From the NCBI GenBank assembly GCA_030390025.1, contig CM059432.1, positions 91,080,001-91,144,000 of the forward strand: a DNA stretch of 64,000 nt, in the 5' to 3' direction. Origin of the DNA: Squalus acanthias (Eukaryota). Under the pieces are notes generated by a model. That model was not told the origin of the DNA, ran no database searches, and saw only the letters and a list, made by a program, of their open reading frames with translations. This document shows positions 50,450-60,559 of this stretch, in pieces. Each line of letters starts with the position of its first letter. Within the stretch, counting starts at the first letter, position 1. Made by a program: the position numbers and the translations under genes.

Positions 50450-53158
50450 CGTTAACTCTGTCTCTCTCTCTTCAGATGCTTCCTGACCTACTGAGTATTT
50501 CCAGCATTTTCTGTTTTTATTATACAACCCTCTGTGCCCGATTGTCCTCGTCTGGGCTTTGACCAGGCAATACTTAATGCCCAAGCGATAAAGGTGAAAA
50601 TCTACCTCATTATTTTCAGTTGTATTTTCCTTACAAATCCCTAAAGAGAATTGACACTTCTGGAATGGGACTTCACAAGCAAGGCTTAAACAATTAAAAT
50701 CTGCAACAAAAGGAAAACACATATAATGCTAAAGGTTTGCATTATGTGAAAAAGATGGATGTTGGTTACGTAATCCTGTCCAAACATGGTTAGAAGAAAA
50801 TTCTTCTGTTTCTGCATCTATAATATTAAAAACAGGTGCAGGTACAATCTTTATGCCTGGGACTTTGATAGCAGTTGTGAATCCTACGCAGTAATCTTTG
50901 CAGCATCAACTGTAGGATTCTTTCTAGTTGTGCTTCAGTAATAAGCAAGTAGCTTTGAAGGCTCAGGTCAATTGCTGGCATTGGAAAGTTGAACTCTCAA
51001 GAACAGTTTTGGTCGGGATTATTTGATTAGTATGTTAATAGTGTTGTGTAAACTTGATCCTGTTTGTCCTGTTATTGTTAATTGCATTCAGAGTATGACT
51101 TGGTATGAGGAAAGCAGACATCCCACCCATCACTGATTTTGAGGGATAACCACTCATATTATCTTCTTGTTACTCGGTGTTACTCAACTGGCATTATTTG
51201 TCCTTACTGCCTGAACAACACTCGGATGGAGACCAGGCCTGAGCTCTAACATCATTTCAATGGCATTCACAGCATAATACAAATATGTATAACCACGTAT
51301 ATTCAGACACGTGCAGTCCCCACATAACCATTGAGAATACATAAGAAATGTGCTAATAGTCAACATGACTCTGCTGCCCAAAGCACTGAATTATCACTTA
51401 AGGAAACATAAAAAGTCCTCAAATATCTTTCCATGAACTACTGAGAATCAGCTTGTCTGCAGTAATCGTATCCTATTCAGTGCCACATTTTTCTGTAACT
51501 GGGAAATGTATATTTTGGAGTTACTTAATTTATAAAATTGAGGTTTATAGAAGGAAATGTTTACTGCAATCCCAATAAAAAATACAAAGCCAATAATTTC
51601 TGCTGCTGACCATGCTGCAATAGTTAAAACCAACATGACAGGAACAGTTGATGCTAAGTTGTCAACCTAGATGTTGTAGCTCAATGAATCCCAGTCACAT
51701 AATTAACAGTGGCAATTGCATTTGTTTCTCTGTCCATGCTAAAGCCTTCATCAGATTGTAATGGATAATTATTAAAGGGAGAGATACTCCCATAATTCTA
51801 AATGTTGTAATGGAAGATGGCACATCATTGCAGTAGAACCTCATGATGTAACATCAGAGGGATTCTTGCACAATACATTTGCTTCCAGGAGGCCTCTAGC
51901 CTACAGTTCAACATGGTAACAACAGGCATCTGAGAGACACCAGTAAGATTACAGACAATAGCATTTGTAACATTTAGGAATTATGGGACAATTCAGTGGG
52001 CTATACTTCCCCTTTAAGACACTATCGTTGTTCAACTGGGGATAAAATCCCTGGGCAGATATGCCTGACACAACCAGGCAGAAACACAGACAGATGAGAG
52101 AGGAAAACCAGGCAGTAGATCCCAAGGGTGTGAAGCTACATTAGTGAAGAGCCTAGGAGAGGATACATTGAGTGGTTTATTACAGTCTACCACTGCATCC
52201 AGATGCACAGGGATTTCTGTTCCACTACTTATAATAAAATCTTTATTGAAGAATTAATTGTCTTACATCTTCATTTTAAGCTAATCCTTCAGAGACTCTC
52301 GAAACTGGCAGACATTATAACCTGTTTCATCTGCTTCTGGATATAGTTACATTTTCCAATGACTGTTGCCACTTGGTATATTTCCTGCAGCTAGCATCTG
52401 AGCTTGCATTTATACCTCTTCAAGACAATGGGGGTTATTTTCAGATTGAGTGCACATCAGGTGGGTAGGAAGAAACAGCTCACTGATGAGGAGGGGGATG
52501 CGGCAAATTCAACAGCTCCTCCACAGAGCCGAGCCGCAGTGAACACTAAACGGGTGGGGGGCAGAGGGAGGAAGCTCTGAGTGACCAGCAGCAGGTGGGA
52601 AGACTTTTGTGGAGGGCAGGAGGAGGATTCATGGCCCTGCAAAAATCAGTCATAGAGGGAAAAATTTGATTGCTTAGCGCCTCCCGTTAGTGTCCTAAGA
52701 GGGCGCTAATGGGGCGCAACGCAACTAGCGGCCGGGCGCGGCGATGTTTGCGCCGCTCGCGAAATTGACTAGAGTTTTTGCGGCGGCGCTAAACTCTACC
52801 GCCCCGATCTCCTGCGCCTACAGATCGTGACGTCAGTCGAACGTGCAACGCCCCGGTGGCGCCCCGGACCGGATATTGAGTGGCGCCCCCTTCCTTTCTG
52901 CCTGCCGCAATCAACGACAGGGAGAGTGGAACAGTTTTCAGTCAGTAAGGGGCTGGGGGAGCTCTATTTAAATGCGCCCTCTTCCTGCCTTTTTTTGTGG
53001 GAGACATTTTTGCAGCACTCATTCTGACAGAGAGAGAGATTCTGAGAGAGAGAGACTTCTGCAGAGAGTCAACACTGTGTGAAATAGTTTTGGCTACTGA
53101 GCAGCACTTTTCAGGTTCTTTTGGATTTGACCTTCATTACTTCGATTGTCAAGAGACT

Positions 53159-54300
53159 GTGGGGGCTGCACTGATTCGGGGCGTCATCCTGCGCTTGCAG
53201 AATTGGAGGCATCAGAGACGCAAAGTGGCAATCATGGCCAGAGGGAGGAGGGCCAACAGGCTTCTGCACAGGAGACCTTACCCTCCCAGGGTATTCCGGG
53301 AACAATTCTCCTACATTAATTTGTCTGAGGAGCAGTGTTTGCGCAGGCTGCGCTTCAGCAAGGAGGTGGTCACTGAGCTCTGCCACCTGCTGCAGCCAGA
53401 TCTGCAGCCTCAACTGAGGACCAGGACGTCTCTGTCGGTGGCAGTGAAGGTCACAGTTGCTCTGAATTTTTATGCCACTGGCTCCTTTCAAGCAGCTACT
53501 GGGGACATCGCCAATATCTCCCAGTTCGCGGTCCATTGCTGTATCTGGCAGGTCACAAATGCCCTCTATAAAAGGAGACGCCAGTACATCTCTTTCCCGA
53601 TGACCCGGGCCAAGCAGCGTGACCGCGCATTGGGCTTTGTGAGGATAGCGGGCTTCCCCATGGTGCAGGGCGCCATTGACTGCACGCATGTGGCATTGCG
53701 GGCACCACATGAGAATGCAGAGGTTTTCCGAAACCGCAAGGGGTTCCACTCCTTAAATGTCCGGTTGGTCTGTGACCACAGACAGCTGATACTCGCTGTC
53801 AATGCCCGCTATCCTGACAGCAGCCACGATGCTTTCATCCTGCGCCAGACTGGTGTGCCAGACCTTTTCCAGGCAGCGCATCAGTCAATTGGTTGGCTCC
53901 TCGGGGACAAGGGTTATCCACTGTGCACCTGGCTGATGACACCGCTCCGTAACCCCAACACCCCTGCTGAGCTGCAGTACAATGAGAGCCATCTCGCCAC
54001 CAGAGAATCGGCGTGCTCAAGCAATGGTTCCGCTGTCTGGACCACTCAGGAGGAGCCCTGCAGTACTCGCCTGAGCGAGTCTCCCTCTTCATAGTTGTGT
54101 GCTGCATTCTTCATAACCTTGCAATCCTCAGGACCCAGCCAATGCCACCAGGCCTTGGTGCACCACCGGAGGAGGAGGAGGAGGAAGAGGAGGAGGAAGA
54201 GGAGGAGTATGATCAGCAGCAGCAGAAAGCTGGGAGGGAGGCCCAAAATGTTGAGACTGCAAGGGCTGTCCATCAAAGACTGATAACAAGCTGCTTCTAG
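53159..54300 (+). pseudogene. HARBI1-like DDE transposase of H2; a small deletion near 54005 removes the IE motif and shifts the frame
   Basis: GTG-GAA start where the other copies have MGA. RRPYPPRVFR, AVKVTVALNFYATGSFQ, GAIDCTHV, SSHDA, LLGDKGYP, LKQWFRCLDHSGGALQY. Poly-E tail. Confidence 0.92.
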
Positions 54301-54612
54301 GCCCCTACTCAGAAGATGTCTTCTGGCATGGAGAACAACATGATGGAAAGCAACCCGCAACCCCTATAGCCGGCCAAGGCAGCAGTGATTCCAAAGGCCA
54401 AACATGTACATTTTCAATACAACAACTTTTTTATTTTACAAACTCTGTGTGTGTCATTTATTCATGACAAACTAATAGAAACAAACACAAAAAATCAATA
54501 ATTAGCATGACTGGTTCTCACAACCTGGATATAATGGCCAAAACACTAAACAAAAGTTATCAGACAAACCTCGGTCTTTACTAAAAACATTCCCAACATT
54601 TCATCAGACCTC

Positions 54613-56392
54613 CTACTTTTTGCCCTTCCAGGGTGACCTCCTTCCCTTGCCTACTTGCTCCCTTCCAACCCTACTGCTCCTCCGTAATGGGGCCCCAGTG
54701 GCTGCAGCAAGGCTGGTGGAAGGCTGCTGAATGTCAGATCCTGAGACTACAGATGCCCTTGAAGGACGGCCTCGACCAGCTCTGGGCCTGGAGGGCCCGT
54801 CTGCAGACTGCACCAATTCTGCATGGGCGGCAGCAGTCTGGGCTACAGGTGGTTGCAAGTGCATCTTGAGAGAGGACAGCACCTCCCTGCTCGACCGACA
54901 CATTAGCACTCCCACGGGGCAGCACCTCAGCATCCGGAGCAATCTGCTGGAGCACAGACTGCTGGCCTGCTGTGGCGTCGTGTGAGCCCTGGGGCAATGT
55001 GTCCAAACCAGCGATGATGGCAGCAGTCAGTGCTTGCATGGCCTCAATCTGAGACTGCATGAGAGCAGTCTGAGATTGGATCATGGCAGCCAGTGACTGA
55101 ATTGCAGCACTAAGCATTTGTGTGGCGTCCGCCTGTGCTGCAGCGTAGTGCTCCACACTCCTTGCCAGTGCATCAATGCTTTCGGGCACCCTTCCCACTG
55201 CACCCATGAGCTCAGTGTGCATGTCCACTGCCTGGGTGTTCATTTCAGCGATGAGCCGCTCCTCCTCTGCGTCCAGTGCAGCACGACTCACTGGCCTACT
55301 CTCCCTCCGGGGAGAAGGCCCCTGAGCTTCCCTACCCCCATCTCATTGCTGCCGCCTGCTGGGTCCTGGAGCTTCACCCTCATCAGACCCTTCCCCCCTG
55401 CTCCCCTCCAGGGAAGACGTGGTCCCAGTGTGGGCATGGGCTTCCTCGGGAGAGGGTGGCGCTGAGGCTCCGGCTTCCTCTTCCTCCTCGTCTGCGGCTT
55501 TGCTCCCACTGGCAGCTTGAGGGCCCGTCTCCTCAGCTGGTGAATCACCATCTGAAAGCAGGGAGGTACAAGAGTGGCTTTAGCGTGAGGACAGGGGGGC
55601 AGTAAGGGAGGAAGGAGTGGAGCGATTGAGTAAGTTGGATTGAAAGTGTAAAATGCTGGTGTTGTGAGGGACAAGCGGAATGAAAGAGGAGAGAAAGCTG
55701 ATGACCTTACCATTGCTGTCCTGAACGGGGTCGACCTCTCCAGGGGCGACGGGACCGATCACCTGGCTTGCCACAATCCTGTGGACGCGCGCCTCAAGAT
55801 CTCTGAGGGGTTGCAGCTGAGGCGGCCCTCCACCCGTCCGTTGCTGCTGTCTCCTGTTATGAGATAGCTTGGCCTGCAAGAAAAAAGACGGCGTCTGAGT
55901 AAATATGTAGCCATGGTCTTGTCTGATGTGCCTCCCATATTTGAATAGCCCTTAATGTATGCAGCCATGGTCTTGCCTGATGTGCCTCCCATAGTTGAAT
56001 AACCCTTAATGTATGCAAGGTGTGGAATGTGCGTGTTGCTTTATGAGATGGCCATAGGTCTTGGATGAGTGTTGGGCATTGGGGTTTTAAGACCCTCTGG
56101 CCATAGAGTGAGGTTGAGATGGAGGGATGGAGAGGTATTGAAAAGCAGCCACTCACCCTGACGACCCGAGTGAGGTCGTTGAACTTTTTGCGACATTGCG
56201 TATGGGTCCTGGGAACCATGCTCCTGGAGGAGATGTGATGAGCCACTCCCTCCACACTCTTCTGTAGTCGCACGGCAATGGCCTCCTGCCACTCTCAGGG
56301 TACAGTATAGCTCTTCGACCCTCCACCGCGCCAACCAGAGCCTCCAAGGCCCGGTCGCAGAAGCGCTGAGCTCGCTCCCTGACTCTCTCCAT
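54613..56392 (-). pseudogene. Harbinger Myb/SANT-like gene of H2, 3 exons (56392-56157, 55873-55711, 55551-54613)
   Basis: RAQRFCDRALEALV, TQCRKKFNDL, AKLSHNRRQQQRTGGGP. gtgagt and gtaag donors, cag acceptors. Coiled-coil-like exon 3 with a basic C-terminus. Internal stop and frameshifts. Confidence 0.85.
55904..56017. repeat. 54-bp tandem duplication in H2 Myb intron 1
   Basis: ccatggtcttg.ctgatgtgcctcccata.ttgaata.cccttaatgtatg at 55911 and 55965. Confidence 0.9.
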
Positions 56393-56753
56393 AGTTCTTG
56401 GCTGCAAGATTTAGGCACAGGTCTCTCCAGGCCGAGATTCAAGGCTGCAATGAGCAGGGTGTGGCTGGAGAGCAAGATCGACGCTCCCCTTTAAGAACTG
56501 GCCAGCGCCAGTGTGTCTGTGTTCCATTGCTAACTGACATCACCTGAGCTTCGCCCGCGCTCTGAGTTAGCGCCTCGCTCCTCGGCCTTTGCGCCTTAAG
56601 ACAGGTGTGTAGCACCTGATTTAATGCTCCAATCACCTCCAGGGATGATAAAAGCCAAGTTTGCAGTCGGAGGCGATAATTAGCACTAGGTGCTAAACTT
56701 TGCGCCCGGCCGATAATTGCGCTCCAAACGGGGCGATACTGAATTTCTCCCCC

Positions 56754-56880
56754 ATAGAGTCATAACGGCACAGAAGGAGGCCATTCAGCCCATCAAGTCC
56801 GTGCCGGCTCTCTGTAGAGCAATCCAGTCAGTCCCATTCCCTCGCTCTATCCCTGCAGCCCTGCAAGTTTTTTTCCCTCG
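56754..56880 (-). mobile_element. CR1-type 3' tail fragment (the target of H2)
   Basis: gtcATAgagtcata..acggcacagaaggaggccattcagccc. Confidence 0.7.
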
Positions 56881-57141
56881 AGTGCCTCAGTGGCACAGCT
56901 TTTTTTTTTACCTTTACTGCAGCGGCCTATAACTGTCCCTTTAAAGGCCATTAAAGATGCTCCACGTCTAGTATCACTGGGTGGAGCGAGTGGGTCACTT
57001 TAAAATTGCATTACGGTCCTACATGTGGCTTCGGATCCTGATTTGCATATTCAAGTAGTCTCCTGCCTAATGAGGCCTTGCTGCTCACCTGTTTCCCGGC
57101 TGGCTCCTGGATCGCAGCGGGCCCCTGGATCACGGCGGGCC

Positions 57142-57205
57142 GGACGTCAGAAGGATCGGGTCAGACGTCGGAAGGATCGGGTCAGACGTCGGTAGGATCG
57201 GGTCA
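57142..57205. repeat. 21-bp tandem repeat x3
   Basis: gacgtcggaaggatcgggtca units. Confidence 0.85.
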
Positions 57206-58731
57206 GTAGGTGGTGCCCCATGATTTTCCGCCTGTAAACATCTCGTTTTCACCCGAAAATGGGGATAAAAATGGCCCCAATAATTTCCAGCTTATGCTTT
57301 CACATTGGATATTTCGGTCCTTGTTTCCTTCTCTGTTTCATTAGTAGGTGTACATTTCTCTTCAGTGGGTCAGTTTCTCTCCCATCTTTCCCCTGCCATC
57401 TTTCACTTCCTGCTCCCGTGATCCACCCACTGCTCATCTCCTAACCACCCAACTACCCCTCTTGGCTCTTTTTACAGAGTTTCCGTGGCTCTTCTGCCCC
57501 AGTTACGGTGGACAAAGGGGAGAACCCCTGTGAAAATTTGCCTAATATTGTTTTGCTGAGTCCTTTATACAGTCCAAGTGCTGCTAATCTATTTCACAGT
57601 CCAAAAAATAAAACACCAGTTGCTTATCTATATTGTTTGTAAGCAGCCACCAAATTCTGTGTCCCACTAGGCTTAGGCTGGGCATAATTAAATTGAATAA
57701 AGAAAAGGTAGATATTAAACCTTTGTATTCCAATCCAGCCATGACTGTAGAGTTTCATAAAACAGCAGATTTTAAAATCATCTTAATGCGGAAAACTGCA
57801 GCAAAGTTCATCCAACCCTCTTTCCCAAAATGAGGTAAAACGAACTCCACACAAATAGTTCCCTTGTGACAGTGGACCTCTGTAAATTTTTTATGAGTGC
57901 CACCTTCTTCTTCTGGCAGAGCTTTTTTTTGTTTGTCTTTTGAGTAACTCGCGTATCAGGTAAGTTTTTAGGTTGAAAGTGAATGGGTCTTCCTGTCTGT
58001 GGTGTGAAAGCTGGATTTAATGAACTGGTATCCAACTATTATCAATATACTGGGTAAGATATTCATAGCTGACACTTGTGAAAAGGAATTCTCCAGCTAC
58101 GAATATTTCACAGATTGTTGCATTGAATTGGTGATGTATCAGTCACAAGAAAGCGTGTCTTATCTGGACCAGACACCCAAGTGATTAAAGAGGCACTAGG
58201 ACAATAAACGGCCACAGTAGTGAACTTTTATCATTTATGTCTGCCATTTACTCAAATCAAAAAATATTAAGAAAGTAATTCCATTCTCTGATTAGGAGTG
58301 AACTGAGATACAAAGCATCTAATTGCAGAAGAATAAGCTCAAACCCATTTTTAGTGTCAGTAGGACATTGAGTCAGCTGTCTTTAAACAGTGTTGATATA
58401 AAAATATTAGACTGCATGAACGTTTTAGAAAAAACTTTCAGTACATCCAGATAACTCTGTTGTTTTAGTTCTCCTTCAGGGCCTGGACATTTATTTTTCT
58501 TCTCTGACCCTCACCCCACCTCTTTCTACTCCATGCTAAATTAAGAATCTGTCGAATTCCCTAGGGGAACTTAGACTGAGTCAACATTTCTTGTAGTTAA
58601 TGACAGCATATTCTATCCGTTAGCAATCCCAAGCATTCAGTTTGTCAGTTCTTTAAGCATGTCCTCTAGCTACCTTTCCCTGATTCTAGACAGATTATTG
58701 TACTGCCTCCACCTTTTTGAATTCCAACAGT

Positions 58732-58742
58732 GTCAGCCGTGA

Positions 58743-58780
<38 letters not shown>

Positions 58781-59560
58781 GTAGGTTCAAGTCCCATTCC
58801 AGTGACTTAAGTACAAAAATCCAGGCTGGCATTCCAGGGCAGTACTGAGGGAGTACTATGCTGTCAGAGGTGCCGTCGTTCAGATGAGACGTTAAACTGA
58901 GGCCCCATCTGCTATTGCAGGTGGACGTAAAAGATCCCCTGGCACTATTTCAAAGGAAAATAGGAGCAGGAATAGGCCATTAGGCCCTTCGAGCCTGCTC
59001 TGCCATTCAATATGATCATGGCTGATCCTCTATCTCAATACCATATTCCCGCTCTCTCCCCATACCCTTGATGCCTTTTGCGTCTAGAAATCTATCTATC
59101 TCCTTCTTAAATATATTCAGTGACTTGGCCTCCACAGCCTTCTGTGGTAGAGAATTCCACAGGTTCATCACCCTCTGAGTGAAGAAATTTCTCCTCATCT
59201 CAGTCCTAAATGTCCTACCCCGTATCCTGAGACTGTGACCCCTCATTCTAGACCCCCCAGCCAAAAGAAACATCTCCCTGCATCCAGTCTGTCGAGCCCT
59301 GTCAGAATTTTATAAGTTTCAAGAAGAGCAGGAGAGTTATCCCCAGTGTCCTGGCCAATATTTATCCCTCAACCAACTTCACTAAAACAGATTACCTGGT
59401 CATTATCACATTGCTGTTTGTGGGAGCTTGCTGTGTGCAAATTGGCTGTCACGTTTCCTACATTACAACAGTGACTACACTTCAAAAGTACTTCATTGGC
59501 TGTAAAGCGCTTTGGGACATCCTGAAGTTGTGAAAGGCGCTATATAAACGCAAGGCTTTC
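58732..59560 (+). mobile_element. Full-length Deu-domain SINE (tRNA head, L2-type tail) interrupted by a CR1 fragment
   Basis: A box tgactcagtggg and B box ggttcaagtcc. Deu-like gatgagacgttaaactgaggcc..aaagatccc.tggcact..gtgtcctggccaa. Tail aaaggcgctatataaa. A second tail copy lies at about 59583-59722. Confidence 0.88.
58955..59322 (-). mobile_element. CR1 3' fragment
   Basis: RGHSLRIRGRTFRTEMRRNFFTQRV. Very similar to 38939-39260. Confidence 0.9.
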
Positions 59561-60559
59561 TTTTTCTTCTTTTATTATTTAAGTTTGCTGTGTGAAAATT
59601 GGCTGCTGGATTCCTTAAATTACAATAGTGACTACACTTCAAAAATACTTCATTGGCTGTGAAGTGCTGTAGGATGCCCTGAGGTTGTGAAAGCTGCTAT
59701 ATAAATGCAAGTTCTGTCTTTCTTTAACTGTACATATACTTTGACCAGTCATCTTTAAGCAGAAAGTATTCTTCTTTAGTCTAATGACATGAGGTCCATT
59801 GAGTTCCTTCAGGTTCATAAGGTCGTCCTTTGTGAGAATGTAATTAATGAAGACCTTTGTTACATAGCTCTTCTCTCTGACACATTCAGAATTAAAAAGG
59901 AGCTGCAGAACTGTAAGCCCAGCCTTAATACCAGATACCTTTCTCTTTGAAGATAGGATGGTCCATTAAGCTTGATTAAATTGATGTCAAAGTAACTGTA
60001 CTAGTTTTGCCTTGACAATACAATGGTCCAATTTTAAACATAGACTGAAATAGACCCTTATAAAATCATTGTATAGCTTGCAGTAGAATTGTCGGAGTGT
60101 TTACATAAATGTTGATACCTTGCAGTTTTCATTTACATTTCAGGCACTGTCCTCATCCACTCCTGTATCAAAAAGAGCTAAGCCTCAAAGTACCTGGCCC
60201 CTGACGACACATAGCTGATATTATCTGAGCAAGGGAAGAATTTGTGGCAGGGCAGGTCTCCACTTATTTTTTGGTCCATTCAAAATTCTGCCAGAAGTAG
60301 GGGTGAGCGCCCCCTTTCATGCGGATGCCATCCATTGGAAAGCCTGGCAGTTCCACCTCCAGTGCCCATAATGCTATGTATAACCATGAAGCAGCCATTC
60401 GAGCACGTGAGGACCCATCCTGGCAGAAATGAGACCCATTTTGCTGTCGGCAGCTGTTTTCCACATGACAATTGATTGTAGGGTGATTGATTCCCATTGT
60501 GAAGGCAGCAAATTCTAACAAATAGTGGAACACTCAAAATATGGGTTCAGGGACACATC

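Larger units (their letters stand above)
48532..50521. mobile_element. About 210-bp hairpin Penelope mini-element (inverted pseudo-LTRs, 48532-48671 plus 50450-50521) split by a Harbinger derivative
   Basis: Left arm resembles 13916-14020 and the right arm is its reverse complement. 14-bp TSD atacaa(t/c)cctctgt at 48518-48531 and 50522-50535. Confidence 0.82.
52655..56753. mobile_element. Full-length PIF/Harbinger transposon H2 (nuclease on plus, Myb gene on minus, convergent)
   Basis: TIR gagggaaaaattt / gaatttctccccc. TSD ATA (52652-52654, 56754-56756). CpG-rich subterminal regions with many gcgc/cgcc motifs. Confidence 0.93.
52430..57278. mobile_element. Older Harbinger-like MITE hosting a CR1 tail and H2
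   Basis: Ends gggggttatttt ... aaaaatggcccc. TSD AAT (52427-52429, 57279-57281). Confidence 0.55.

Noticed and set aside
51960..52325. Possible solo LTR (tgtaac start, aataaa)
   Set aside because: No clear CA end, TSD or second copy.
52997..54094. 365-aa ORF as a domesticated host HARBI1 gene
   Set aside because: It lies within TIRs and a TSD, is paired with a Myb gene, and is frameshifted at the third catalytic motif.
57142..57205. CRISPR-like array (also 38688-38748 and 55904-56017)
   Set aside because: Head-to-tail repeats without unique spacers, in eukaryotic DNA.
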